A DNA stretch of 64,000 bases from NCBI GenBank assembly GCA_013286785.1, contig JABDFC010000007.1, positions 3,540 through 67,539 on the forward strand. The letters run 5' to 3'. The position numbers and the translations under genes are program-made. The notes beneath the pieces were generated by a model that ran no database searches, was not told the DNA's origin, and saw nothing but the letters and a program-made list of their open reading frames with translations. Positions 1-9,868 of this stretch are shown here, in pieces. This DNA is from Gammaproteobacteria bacterium (lineage in GTDB: Bacteria; Pseudomonadota; Gammaproteobacteria; UBA6186; Azoamicaceae). Every line of letters begins with the position of its first letter. The first letter of the stretch is position 1.

Positions 1-2
1 TC

Positions 3-1157
3 GCCTCCGAAAATTATGTGAGCCTGCGAGTATTAGAGGCGCAGGGATCCGTACTAACCAATAAATATGCGGAAGGGTATCCGGGTAAGCGCTATTATGG
101 CGGGTGCGAATTTGTTGACGAGGTAGAATTATTAGCCATTCATCGTGCCAAAGAGCTTTTTGGTGCAGCTTTTGCCAATGTCCAACCCCATTCTGGCTCC
201 CAGGCGAATGCTGCGGCCTACATGGCTTTGCTCAGCCCGGGCGATACTATTTTAGGAATGAAACTATCTCATGGTGGCCATCTTACTCATGGGGCTCCCG
301 CAAACTTTTCCGGAAAGTTATACCAAGCGATTCAGTATGGTACGCACCTCGAGTCAGGGGAAATTGACTATGAAGAGGTCGAAAAACTGGCAAAAGAACA
401 TCGGCCTAAATTAATTATCGCGGGTTTTTCTGCGTATTCTCGGGTTGTGAACTGGCAACGATTTCGCGAAATTGCCGACAGTATCAATGCCTATTTTCTG
501 GTCGATATGGCTCATGTGGCAGGTTTGGTGGCGACCGGATTATATCCTTCCCCGGTGAACATTGCAGATGTGACCACATCGACCACGCATAAAACCTTAC
601 GCGGGCCCCGCGGTGGCCTCATATTAGCCAGAAGTAATCCAGAGATCGAAAAGAAATTAAACTCGGTTGTTTTTCCCGGGACACAGGGAGGACCTTTGAT
701 GCACGTGATTGCAGGAAAGGCGGTTGCCTTTAAGGAAGCTTTAGAACCGGCCTTTAAAGATTACCAGCAACAGGTTATTTTGAATGCCCGGATGTTAGCG
801 AAGCGCTTGCAAGATCGAGGTTTTAAGATAGTCTCTGGTGGGACAGATAACCATTTATTTATAGTCGATTTGATTGATAAGGGTTTAACAGGGAAAGAAG
901 CAGAAGAAGCTTTAGGACAAGCACATATTACCTTAAACAAAAATACCGTTCCGAATGATCCGAAATCACCATTTATCACGAGCGGTTTAAGAATCGGAAC
1001 GCCTGCGATCACAACGCGTGGATTTAAGGAAACTGAAGTTGAAAAATTAGCGGGATGGATCACAGATGTGTTAGGAAATATTTCGGATCAATCCGTGATC
1101 CAACGAGTCAAAGCAGAAGTATTGAGTGTTTGTCAGCAATTTCCGGTGTACCAATAA
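3..1157 (+). CDS. glyA: serine hydroxymethyltransferase, 5' end outside window
   Basis: The frame is open from base 3 ([16 protein letters not shown]...). SHMT hallmarks are present, including [14 protein letters not shown], which carries the PLP lysine. The track ORF at 18 is only an internal GTG. Confidence 0.95.
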   Translation, partial: ASENYVSLRVLEAQGSVLTNKYAEGYPGKRYYGGCEFVDEVELLAIHRAKELFGAAFANVQPHSGSQANAAAYMALLSPGDTILGMKLSHGGHLTHGAPANFSGKLYQAIQYGTHLESGEIDYEEVEKLAKEHRPKLIIAGFSAYSRVVNWQRFREIADSINAYFLVDMAHVAGLVATGLYPSPVNIADVTTSTTHKTLRGPRGGLILARSNPEIEKKLNSVVFPGTQGGPLMHVIAGKAVAFKEALEPAFKDYQQQVILNARMLAKRLQDRGFKIVSGGTDNHLFIVDLIDKGLTGKEAEEALGQAHITLNKNTVPNDPKSPFITSGLRIGTPAITTRGFKETEVEKLAGWITDVLGNISDQSVIQRVKAEVLSVCQQFPVYQ

Positions 1158-1158
1158 T

Positions 1159-1629
1159 ATGCAGTGTCCTTTCTGTCGAGCAGATGATACCAAAGTTATT
1201 GATTCTCGTTTGGTGGGAGAAGGGGATCAGATCAGAAGACGTCGCGAATGTATCAATTGCGCCGAACGTTTTACAACCTATGAAACCATCGAACTCTCAC
1301 TACCACGGCTGATCAAGCGGGACGGCAGTTGCGTTCAGTTTAGAGAAGATAAATTACGCGGTGGCATTTTACGGGCACTCGAAAAAAGACCGGTTCGAAC
1401 AGACCTAGTGGATGCTGCTGTGAGCCGGATTTTGAATCGTTTACGTGCTTCCGGTGAGCGGGAAATTGAAACCAAAGTCTTAGGTGAATGGGTCATGGCC
1501 GAATTAAGAGCATTAGATGAAATCGCCTATGTCCGTTTTGCCTCAGTTTATCGCAGGTTTCAGGACATTGATGAATTTCAAGTTGAAATTGCACGCTTAA
1601 AGAACCCTAGTGAACACGTGGATGAATAA
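1159..1629 (+). CDS. nrdR: transcriptional repressor NrdR
   Basis: [17 protein letters not shown]...[12 protein letters not shown] is the NrdR zinc ribbon and is followed by an ATP-cone. The ATG at 1159 lies 2 nt after the glyA stop. The longer track ORF from 1126 overlaps glyA. Confidence 0.9.
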   Translation: MQCPFCRADDTKVIDSRLVGEGDQIRRRRECINCAERFTTYETIELSLPRLIKRDGSCVQFREDKLRGGILRALEKRPVRTDLVDAAVSRILNRLRASGEREIETKVLGEWVMAELRALDEIAYVRFASVYRRFQDIDEFQVEIARLKNPSEHVDE

Positions 1630-2071
1630 AAAAATATTTTTTGGACAACGAAAAAAAGCCAGACGCTATGCATTACAAGCATTGTATGGTTGGGCGCTTT
1701 CCGATAATGCTTTGTCAGACATTGAACAGCATGTTTTGATTGAACATGCCGAAGAGCAATTTGATAAAGACTATTTTACGGTTTTATTATACGAGGTTCC
1801 TAAAAAAGTCTCAGAACTAGATGTTCTAATGTCTCCTTACCTCAGCCGAAAACTCGAGGATGTGGGCCCCATCGAACTGACCATTTTGCGTATTTCCATC
1901 TACGAATTAAAAGAAAGATTGGATATCCCTTATCGAGTGGTCATCAATGAAGCCTTAGAATTAGCCAAAACCTTTGGTGCTGCCGACAGCCATAAATTTG
2001 TGAATGGCGTTCTCGATAAAGTTGCGCAAGCGCTAAGAGCCGCTGAATGGCATAACAACGTCGATCGTTAG
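1622..2071 (+). CDS. nusB: transcription antitermination factor NusB
   Basis: [15 protein letters not shown] and the C-terminal FVNGVLDKV are NusB signatures. The ATG at 1622 overlaps the nrdR stop (ATGAATAA). An alternative start lies at 1610. Confidence 0.85.
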   Translation: MNKKIFFGQRKKARRYALQALYGWALSDNALSDIEQHVLIEHAEEQFDKDYFTVLLYEVPKKVSELDVLMSPYLSRKLEDVGPIELTILRISIYELKERLDIPYRVVINEALELAKTFGAADSHKFVNGVLDKVAQALRAAEWHNNVDR

Positions 2072-2452
2072 AAAACCAGGATAGATTTCTTAATACTGGA
2101 TGGTCAGTGGTTATATATAAGCCGTGGAACCTCATCAGTACTAAATGAGAAAAGTGTTTTTTACTCATGTTTGCGCATGTAAATCAATCAAAAAGTTCGC
2201 TTGAATCTAGAAAAGTAGTTTGTTCTATAGATGGGCCGAGTATTGTAATATAGACTCGTTACACTTCAAAATGAGAAGCCAACACCCTTTATTCGTTATC
2301 AGGGACGGGCATCCTGCCCTCGACTTTGCGCTAACAATCCAGGCGCAAAACGCCCTTCTAACAAATAAAGGCTATTGGCTTCTTTTCCACATCGTTCGCA
2401 GTTTGAAGCACAATGGGTATACAGATTTTCGGATATCCTAGTTATTCCTATT

Positions 2453-2571
2453 CCTTCTCCCCAATACATTGGGGAGAAGGTGCCCGTAGGGCGGATGAGG
2501 GGGTAACGATTTCTAGGCATTTTGAAGCAGTAAAAGTAACTGTTGTCATTGCGAGTGTAGCGAAGCAATCC
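2453..2571. repeat. cluster of REP-like extragenic palindromes
   Basis: Contains the hairpin ccttctcccc-N8-ggggagaagg, followed by gtgcccgtagggcggatgaggggg and tgtcattgcgagtgtagcgaagcaatcc. These resemble short extragenic repeats seen in many proteobacterial genomes. No convincing ORF lies in 2072-2607. Confidence 0.6.
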
Positions 2572-2607
2572 ACAGTGATGGGTATTCTTTATTGTTGTAA
2601 AAATTAT

Positions 2608-4122
2608 CTACCAAGTATACCGAACTGTGTATTGAATTTTAGCTTCAGAGTTTTTTGGCAGCGTCACCGGAAAAGAAATTGTCTGGGAATCTAATTTTTG
2701 ATATTCACCGGACTTTTTAACAATTTCCCAATTGGCTGCTCGATATAAGGTTTCCTTGGCGCTCATGTCTACACTCTGATCTTTATGATTGTTGAGCGTA
2801 ATTTCAATGGTTTCTTCCATGATCCGTCGATTGTTATCAATGGTGAAGTCAATTTGTTTTCTCTTCCCCGTGATGTCAAAGGCATTACCCAGATTGAGTT
2901 TAATTGCTTCGTCGGGTGGGGTATGGGCAATGATGTCTTCACCGATAAATTCTAGGGATCCCTCATTTAAATCACTTTGGTTGATTCTAACGCGGCCTGC
3001 TGGCAGAGGAATGCCTAGTCCAGCTTGGGATGTGTTGTTAAAGGTGAGTAAAATACGGACACTTTGATTGGGGATTGAAATTTCTTTATCCGTATTCACG
3101 TAATTTGAATAGAGGAGCCCAGGGGTTCCTTCGAAAATATATTGTTTCTGAACCGCGATTCTGGCGGTATTTTTTAAAAAGATCATTTGCTGTGTGGAAC
3201 CATTTGGTAAGGTAATGGGATCAGTCATAGAGTAGGCATGATATTCAAATAAGCTGGCTTCAGAAAAAGGACTATTTTCTGATGAACCCCCCGAAGCATT
3301 GACGGCTTTCATGGCCATCAATCGTGGAAAGGATCGAGGCGTTTGAACTTGATTTACTTCGCCTGCGATCAATTTCAGTTTTGCTTGGTCATAGTTCATG
3401 CCCGATTGATTCATGATACTCGCCCAAGCGCTGAGGCTTAAAAAACCACTGTTGGCATTTTTCCCTTCTGAATAGATGCCGTTGTAATCGACCCACCAGG
3501 TGAGGCCTGCAGTTTTATAATGGGTTTCGGTTTGATGTTTACCCGATTTATTGGCCGTGATCGTCCAAAATAAAGTGGGTTGCGTAATCAGGTTATTCGA
3601 AGCATTGGGTAAATAGGCTGCATTATAATTATTAAGGGAGATCAGTTGATGATGATCATCTTCTAAGATAATGCCACCGGATGTATTTAATAAAGTTCCT
3701 TTATAACTTTCCACTTGATTGCCTTGATTTTGTTCTATGGTAATTTCTTGCCCCAGCGCACGGGTGAGTAACTGTTGGGGATTCGATAGATCGAATCCAT
3801 AGACTTGTTGGGTCACCGTTGTTTTATCCGGATCGGTCAGGGATTTGAATAACACCGTTGTCGGATCAATCAGAGAGGGGATATCGGTAAAAGAGAGGGA
3901 ATTCTGTCCTGATTTCAAATCCAAGGTTTTTTGGATTTTGACGATGCCAAAGCCTGGTAAAGAAGATGCGTTGTTATTATCGGGTGATCGATAAAAATCC
4001 GCTGAGAGCGATCCCGGTTCAGCAGTACTGTAAATGGTGAGAACGGTGGTGATATCGTCTGCGTAAACGGCCCAACTTATCAAAAATAAGAGGGATAACA
4101 GGCTTTTTCCGAGGCGAGACAT
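2608..4122 (-). CDS. secreted conserved hypothetical protein (possibly DUF4139-like)
   Basis: 504-aa ORF with a clear signal peptide (MSRLGKSLLSLLFLISWAVYADD). The beta-rich composition is consistent with the family guess, which comes from memory of the overall pattern only. Confidence 0.55.
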   Translation of the reverse strand: MSRLGKSLLSLLFLISWAVYADDITTVLTIYSTAEPGSLSADFYRSPDNNNASSLPGFGIVKIQKTLDLKSGQNSLSFTDIPSLIDPTTVLFKSLTDPDKTTVTQQVYGFDLSNPQQLLTRALGQEITIEQNQGNQVESYKGTLLNTSGGIILEDDHHQLISLNNYNAAYLPNASNNLITQPTLFWTITANKSGKHQTETHYKTAGLTWWVDYNGIYSEGKNANSGFLSLSAWASIMNQSGMNYDQAKLKLIAGEVNQVQTPRSFPRLMAMKAVNASGGSSENSPFSEASLFEYHAYSMTDPITLPNGSTQQMIFLKNTARIAVQKQYIFEGTPGLLYSNYVNTDKEISIPNQSVRILLTFNNTSQAGLGIPLPAGRVRINQSDLNEGSLEFIGEDIIAHTPPDEAIKLNLGNAFDITGKRKQIDFTIDNNRRIMEETIEITLNNHKDQSVDMSAKETLYRAANWEIVKKSGEYQKLDSQTISFPVTLPKNSEAKIQYTVRYTW

Positions 4123-4211
4123 AAGTTTTCTCTCTCAATAGCAGTCTTACTCTCATAATACTGTAAAAAGAGCGGGCGTCAATTTTGCCGATAATATTTT
4201 AGTGAGATTGC

Positions 4212-5336
4212 TTATTTGCGTTTGGGTAAGAGCAAAATTGCGTCCGAGACAGGCCGTAAGGTAGCCCAACTGTAATCTTCTTCATCGTCGCCGACCAGTT
4301 GATTGATAACGGCATTATCAAGGTAGAGTGTTGAAGAACTGCCTCCATCTAGATTTAAGGCATATTCACAACCGAGCTGTTGCATTAAATCAGTCAGTTC
4401 TGGGATCGTCATCCCTGGACTGCCAGTGAGAGCGCTTTGTTCAACAACGACAAAGATCCAATGACCATTTTCAAGGGTCCCGACTGCAGATCGGGCATAA
4501 CGTTCTCGAATAAAGGCCGAAGGCATGCGTTCAGAAGAATAATCTTTGATAGGTTTACTGTTAAAAATTAATAAAGGAGCTCCGCCGATAATATTTTCGA
4601 CCATTTGCCAAGCCAGATAATTTTCTTTCCCAAAATGTGGAACAACTTCTATGTTTACCATGGCTGAATTACCGATATCAATCGGAAAGCGTGGATAACG
4701 TGCTTGTGGCCCGAGTGAATAAACAAAACCATCTTTGGGTATAGTGGTTTTGCCTGCAGGTTGGATCGCCGTGATTCGATTGTTATCTATCGTAATATCG
4801 TAACCGCCGGTCATGGAACCCGCAGTCTGGCCATAGGCATCTGTATATAAAACAGCTTTGTTTGCTAAGCCAGGTTGGTTGACCGTATGGAGCGGCACCT
4901 TATGATGATTCAGATAAATACTGGTCTTTGTTTGGATTCTGTCTATTAGTACGGTGCGCATGGGATCGGACCAGCCAATGGCTCCGCGAGAGCGGTAAGC
5001 CACGCCATACCAGTGTGAGCGGATTTTTAAAATGCCAGCGGGAAGTCCATCGGTAGTTTCCCCTCCTTTAAAGAAGCCGCCATTAATGGCGGCGATGGCC
5101 TTATATCGTTTTGCGATGCTGGCGACAGTCTCGCGTCCGAACGCTTGCTCTTTGGCATGAGCCGCGACAATCTTGAGACGTTTGGGATCTACATCTAATA
5201 CATGAATGGTTTGCTGACGTTCAGAAGTCAATTTTCGGTATTGTAAACCTGCACACAATTCCTCCCCCCAAACATAAGGTATACTGAAGAGAGTGAGAGT
5301 GAAGAGTATCAGTCGTTTTTTTACAGCGCTAAGCAT
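4212..5336 (-). CDS. phosphodiester glycosidase family protein (DUF2233/NAGPA-like), secreted
   Basis: Has a signal peptide. AINGGFF and ALNLDGGSSSTLY are the typical motifs of this family. Confidence 0.75.
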   Translation of the reverse strand: MLSAVKKRLILFTLTLFSIPYVWGEELCAGLQYRKLTSERQQTIHVLDVDPKRLKIVAAHAKEQAFGRETVASIAKRYKAIAAINGGFFKGGETTDGLPAGILKIRSHWYGVAYRSRGAIGWSDPMRTVLIDRIQTKTSIYLNHHKVPLHTVNQPGLANKAVLYTDAYGQTAGSMTGGYDITIDNNRITAIQPAGKTTIPKDGFVYSLGPQARYPRFPIDIGNSAMVNIEVVPHFGKENYLAWQMVENIIGGAPLLIFNSKPIKDYSSERMPSAFIRERYARSAVGTLENGHWIFVVVEQSALTGSPGMTIPELTDLMQQLGCEYALNLDGGSSSTLYLDNAVINQLVGDDEEDYSWATLRPVSDAILLLPKRK

Positions 5337-5500
5337 AGGTCAAACTCTGTGATTGATTCTGCAATGATAGAGTGTACACTATATCCCAGCCAAACGGCAG
5401 ACGAAGATGAGCGAAATAGATAGGTAGTCAATCAGCTGGTTTCTGGTGAACCAGTGAAATAGGATATTCTTAAATAGGATCGCCAAAGCAGGAGGCTAGT

Positions 5501-6274
5501 GTGAAAGAAACAATGGGATGGAAATTAGGGATAGGGTTCATGCTTGCTGTTTTATCTGCAGCAGTCGAAGCACGGATGACCAAAGAGGACACTGCCGCCA
5601 CGATGGTTCACGAAGCCCGGCAAAAGACGTTAGAAGGGGATCGGGAAAAGGCAGCATTGCTTTATTATCAAGCGTTACAAATTGACAAGAGCCACCCTGA
5701 GGCTAGCCGAGAATTAGCGGCTTTGGTGATTCATGCAGAAGCGGGGAATCGGGATGAGTACTCCGATGTGTTACAAACCATCGAACAAAAAGTATCGGAA
5801 CCTACCTTTCTTCCAACAAACTTTTCTTTATCATACCTGAGAAATGCCGAATTAAGTGCAACCGATGCAGCGATGAGTCGATCCGTGATGCAAATACTGT
5901 CTAAATTACAAAGCAATGACAATCAAATGGCTGTTCGGTTGGCCAAGGTATTACAAAAGGAGAATCCTTTGCACCCAGTTCCTTATAATTTATTGGGGTT
6001 GGCTTGGCAGGGCATTGGAGATCCCACGAAAGCGCGCGAGTATTTTGAAAAAGCCATCATTTTGAAAGATAGTTTTCACGCGGCGCGTATTAACTTGGCC
6101 GAATTGGAATTGCATTTAGGGGAATTCGGCGCTGCTCACCAAGAATTAGACACTGTTTTGAAAGCAGATGATCATAATCGTCGTGCTTGTTTGGTAAAAT
6201 CTCATTTATATGCCTTAGAAAAGCAACTTGATTTGGCTAAACAATGGTACTCTAAAGTCAGTGAACAACTCTAG
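5501..6274 (+). CDS. TPR-repeat protein with signal peptide
   Basis: GTG start lies 5 nt after AGGAGG. TPR-like repeats are present (ALLYYQALQIDKSHPEA, YNLLGLAWQGIGDPTKAREYFEKAI, AARINLAELELHLG). Confidence 0.7.
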   Translation: MKETMGWKLGIGFMLAVLSAAVEARMTKEDTAATMVHEARQKTLEGDREKAALLYYQALQIDKSHPEASRELAALVIHAEAGNRDEYSDVLQTIEQKVSEPTFLPTNFSLSYLRNAELSATDAAMSRSVMQILSKLQSNDNQMAVRLAKVLQKENPLHPVPYNLLGLAWQGIGDPTKAREYFEKAIILKDSFHAARINLAELELHLGEFGAAHQELDTVLKADDHNRRACLVKSHLYALEKQLDLAKQWYSKVSEQL

Positions 6275-7499
6275 TAATGAATCCTTACTGAATAAAAAAG
6301 CTTTCTGGTCATTTGTCTTTCTATGGCTTGGCTGGATTTTTTATTTTTGGCCAACATTGGTCAGTATTTATGCGGGTAATCAACAAAATTGGGTGATAGC
6401 TGCCACCTGGGGCATTACCGTGCTTGCTGCTTATCTCATTTTTGCCATGCGAAAATTAGTCGTATCACTATTAATTGCTTCCAGTCAATTGGGGCTTTTA
6501 TGCTTATTTTTGATGATCAGTGTTTATGTTGCTGCCAATGTTCTTAAGATCCAGTCGGTTGAGCAATCTGCCGTTATTTTAATGATCCCAGCGTTGGTTT
6601 TAACAGTGTGTGGTCCGGCAGTAACCAAAACCCTTATTTTACCGCTCCTCTTCTTTTTACTCGTGATTCCGTTGCAGGATAGTACACTCTACAGTCGGCC
6701 TTTGATCACAGCCCTTGCTGTTGGGTTGTTTCTTTTTTATTTAAGACACATCAAAAGTCGTCTGCAAAAGCAAGTGGTTTTAGCGGGCACTCCTCCTTGG
6801 ACTTATCAAAATTCACGCTGGTTGATCCCGACAGGAATTGCATTTTTGATGTTAATGACAGCACCTTGGTTAGGTGACAATATCCGATCCTTTTACCCTA
6901 AAAGCCAGCGAGCAATTACCTTAAGGGCTCCTTTAGGGACGAAGGGTTGGGATGGTCCAAAATCTGTTGGTGCGGTGGCCTGGGAGCCTGTTTTCCCGAA
7001 TGCATCGGCCACGTTACAGGCTAAATATTTTTCGAATGTCATCGCAGATCATGACAGTGTTTATTTATATTCCGCATATTATCACTCAGATAGGAGCGCT
7101 GCGGAAATGTTAGACCCTAGAAATTCTCTTTATGATCCCACTCTTTGGAAGGGATCAGAGCCAACGACAGTCGTGCTGCCAATTGGAGAGAATGACTCTG
7201 TTTCCGTTTTCGAAATAACCCTCAAATCGGGATCGGTTTCTCGGTTGGTGTGGTACTGGTATTATATTGCAGGGGTTAGCACTGTTGATGTTTCTCTGGC
7301 AAGTCTTTTAGACAAAGTAAGGGTTATTTCGAAATATGCTCAAGGATCAGGAGTGATTTTGGTTTCAACGTCTTATGAGGAATCCCCTGAGGAAGCGAGA
7401 AAGCGTTTAGGTTCTTTTATGAGTGTTATGTACAGTTCCTTAGATATTCTAAAACGGCCAGAAATAAGCTACGTTAAATATAACCAGCGGGGTAAGTAA
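6228..7499 (+). CDS. polytopic membrane protein with C-terminal EpsI-like (exosortase-associated) domain; start uncertain
   Basis: About 200 aa of TM helices are followed by a soluble domain with VYLYSAYYHSDRSAAEMLDPRNSLYD and LVWYWYYIAGVSTVD. These resemble EpsI/DUF3485 motifs from memory. The ORF overlaps the upstream ORF by 47 nt if it starts at 6228 (TTG). Confidence 0.4.
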   Translation: MIWLNNGTLKSVNNSSNESLLNKKAFWSFVFLWLGWIFYFWPTLVSIYAGNQQNWVIAATWGITVLAAYLIFAMRKLVVSLLIASSQLGLLCLFLMISVYVAANVLKIQSVEQSAVILMIPALVLTVCGPAVTKTLILPLLFFLLVIPLQDSTLYSRPLITALAVGLFLFYLRHIKSRLQKQVVLAGTPPWTYQNSRWLIPTGIAFLMLMTAPWLGDNIRSFYPKSQRAITLRAPLGTKGWDGPKSVGAVAWEPVFPNASATLQAKYFSNVIADHDSVYLYSAYYHSDRSAAEMLDPRNSLYDPTLWKGSEPTTVVLPIGENDSVSVFEITLKSGSVSRLVWYWYYIAGVSTVDVSLASLLDKVRVISKYAQGSGVILVSTSYEESPEEARKRLGSFMSVMYSSLDILKRPEISYVKYNQRGK

Positions 7500-8218
7500 C
7501 GTTCGGCTGATCGCAGCATTTTTTTATGTTCAGTGAAATGTTCATCCCACTTTTTGAAGAGTTGCCAAAATCGAGCAGAATGGTTGAGATATTTGGTATG
7601 GCAAAGTTCATGGATTAAGACATGCTGGGCCAGCATTCTCGGTAAGAAAAGCAATTTATAATTTAAGCTAATGGTTTTACTTGCGTTACAGCTTCCCCAA
7701 AGTGTCGTTTGCCCTCGGATCAAAATGCGGTTGTAAGAAAGTCCGGTAGTAAGGCTTAATTGATAGAGCCAAGGTGAAAAAGTATTCAGAGCATAACGCA
7801 TTAACCATTTTTTTAAGGTTTGACAACACAGTTTTGTATTATCAACATTCCCCGTGAGCATTAATTTTTGTTTATCTAGGGGATCTCGAGTGAGTTTTAC
7901 TGTTTTAGCCATTGGTTTTGGGTGGTAAGTGATTTGCCATATTTCCGAGAGCGCTTGGCAAACAATTGTATCGGGTTTTTCAATCAATTCCAAAGGCTGT
8001 GTGGTTAATCGATCCGTAAATTTTTCTAGGGTTTTCTCGATCCAGTTTCTCTTTTCATGTAAGAGGCTTTCAATATTCGGCGACTTTCTTTTGTGCGGGA
8101 CCACAATTTCCAAACCCCGCTTTGGGGTAATTTGTAAAAAAGTTCGGCGGGCTCGTTGACTTAAGCGAATCGTATAGGACGGGGGCCACGATGTTTTTTC
8201 TATTTCGAGTATTTCCAT
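7469..8218 (-). CDS. YgjP-like (DUF45/M48-type) metal-dependent hydrolase
   Basis: HExxH motif HELCHTKYLNHSARFW lies near the C-terminus. The start was chosen at MEILEIEKTSW (ATG at 8218) because the longer track ORF to 8497 would overlap the ald start. Confidence 0.7.
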   Translation of the reverse strand: MEILEIEKTSWPPSYTIRLSQRARRTFLQITPKRGLEIVVPHKRKSPNIESLLHEKRNWIEKTLEKFTDRLTTQPLELIEKPDTIVCQALSEIWQITYHPKPMAKTVKLTRDPLDKQKLMLTGNVDNTKLCCQTLKKWLMRYALNTFSPWLYQLSLTTGLSYNRILIRGQTTLWGSCNASKTISLNYKLLFLPRMLAQHVLIHELCHTKYLNHSARFWQLFKKWDEHFTEHKKMLRSAERYLPRWLYLT

Positions 8219-8386
8219 GGTCTGTTTCTCATTGTTTGACAACTTTTGGAGTGTCGCTTTCCAGAAACCCCTCTTTTTAGAATGATTGTCGTCGGTATTG
8301 AGTCTCCCTAGGGAGTGAGGGGCAACGGGATAAGAAAACACACTATATAATGATTTTATTCCACCTTCAATTTTTAGGAAAGAATC

Positions 8387-9502
8387 ATGCATATTGGTGT
8401 GTTGAAAGAAATTAAGGATCATGAATATCGGGTTGGGTTGACTCCTGGCAGTGTTCGAGAGTTGACTCATAAAAATCATGTTGTTTTGGTGGAACAAGCT
8501 GCGGGTGTCGGTGCAGGGTTTTCTGACGAAGACTATCGTTTGGCTGGCGCAAACGTTGTCGCAACGGCCGATGAAATTTTTAAGACGGTGGAACTCATTA
8601 TCAAAGTCAAAGAACTACAACCCTCGGAATGTCAAAAGCTCTGCGAAGGACAAGTGATCTTTACCTTTCTGCATTTGGCTCCCGATTTAAAACAAGCCGA
8701 ATTACTGCTGGCTTCGGGTTGCATTGCCATCGGGTGCGAAACCGTCACCGACGGGGAAGGGGGATTACCGATACTGACCCCGATGAGCGAAATTGCGGGC
8801 CGACTATCGATTCAAGCCGGGGCGCATTGTTTAGAAAAAGCCCAGGGGGGAGCGGGAGTATTGTTAGGACGGGTTTCGGGCGTGTCTTCAGCCAAGGTTG
8901 TGGTGATAGGGGGTGGAGCGGTTGGGTCCCAGGCGGTACGTGTTGCGGTTGGTATGGGTGCAGAAGTTGTTGTTTTGGATAAGTCTTTAAAACGGCTGCG
9001 TGAGTTAGACATGTATTTTATGGGTCGAATCACCACGTGTCATGCCGATCCTTTTTTCGTAGAAGAGCATGTTCGTACTGCCGATTTGGTGGTAGGGGCC
9101 GTATTGGTACCCGGCGCTTTTACTCCAAAATTGGTTTCTCGTTCCTTGATACATCAAATGCGGAAAGGATCAGTGGTAGTGGATGTTTCGATTGATCAAG
9201 GAGGGTGCTTGGAAACCAGTCATCCGACCACCCATACGAATCCAACCTATGTAGAACACGGGATTATTCATTACTGTGTTAGTAATATGCCTTCTTGTGT
9301 TCCGCAGACCGCAACGCTGGCTTTGAATCATGCAACACTCCCTTTTATTCTGGAACTGGCCGAAAAGGGTTGCCGGACAGCCTGTTTAGAGAATCCACAC
9401 CTATTACAGGGGTTGAATATTTGCCGAGGGCGAGTGACGCATCCAGCGGTGGCTTTAGCAATACAGCGTCCCTATACGCCTGCTGAATCGGCATTTTCTT
9501 AA
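8387..9502 (+). CDS. ald: alanine dehydrogenase
   Basis: MHIGVLKEIKDHEYRVGLTPGSVRELT is a typical Ald N-terminus. A Rossmann motif VVVIGGGAVGSQA is present and the length is 371 aa. Confidence 0.9.
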   Translation: MHIGVLKEIKDHEYRVGLTPGSVRELTHKNHVVLVEQAAGVGAGFSDEDYRLAGANVVATADEIFKTVELIIKVKELQPSECQKLCEGQVIFTFLHLAPDLKQAELLLASGCIAIGCETVTDGEGGLPILTPMSEIAGRLSIQAGAHCLEKAQGGAGVLLGRVSGVSSAKVVVIGGGAVGSQAVRVAVGMGAEVVVLDKSLKRLRELDMYFMGRITTCHADPFFVEEHVRTADLVVGAVLVPGAFTPKLVSRSLIHQMRKGSVVVDVSIDQGGCLETSHPTTHTNPTYVEHGIIHYCVSNMPSCVPQTATLALNHATLPFILELAEKGCRTACLENPHLLQGLNICRGRVTHPAVALAIQRPYTPAESAFS

Positions 9503-9745
9503 CCCTCACCCCCTCGGGTGTTGGGTGGGGGCTGGTCAATCATATTGTCCATGTGTTCGGTCAATCGTGTTACCTATGATCTCGGTTTAGAGTGTTACCA
9601 ATCTACCCGGTTTGTACCGCCGTGTAGCTTCGGGTGAGGGTCAGTGAGGGATTTTGGTGACAAGGGACCTTGGATTTTGCTCTTCCCCTCTCCCTTTGGG
9701 AGAGGGTGGCGCGTAGCGCCGGGTGAGGGTCAGGCGTGGTTTAAT
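9503..9745. repeat. cluster of REP-like GC-rich palindromic repeats
   Basis: Contains ccctcaccccctcgggtgttgggtggggg, gttacctatgatctcggtttagagtgttacc, and cccctctccctttgggagagggtggcgcgtagcgccgggtgagggt. Hairpin-forming units of this kind recur in many genomes. Confidence 0.6.
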
Positions 9746-9868
9746 TGTGCCCAGAATGTATGTTGTTAAGCTAACAATAAACGTGAGATGTCTTGGCGGA
9801 ATAGCCGCACTCATGCTAGTCTTTCCTGCTGTTGAAAGAGCAAATACAATTAATAGTTAGGAAACTGC

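Noticed and set aside
1055-1312. 85-aa ORF spanning the glyA-nrdR junction.
   Set aside because: It is an alternate frame overlapping two strongly supported genes, with no independent evidence.
2220-2694. Track ORFs 2220-2441, 2299-2568 and 2413-2694 in the nusB-downstream gap.
   Set aside because: They overlap each other and are built from REP-like palindromes (the peptide ...SPIHWGEGARRADEG is a repeat translation). No start context or family resemblance is present. The region is treated as non-coding repeat DNA.
7469-8497. The full 342-aa version of the YgjP-like ORF.
   Set aside because: The first 93 codons overlap the ald start and promoter region and have no similarity to the family. 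The internal ATG at 8218 gives a typical 250-aa protein.
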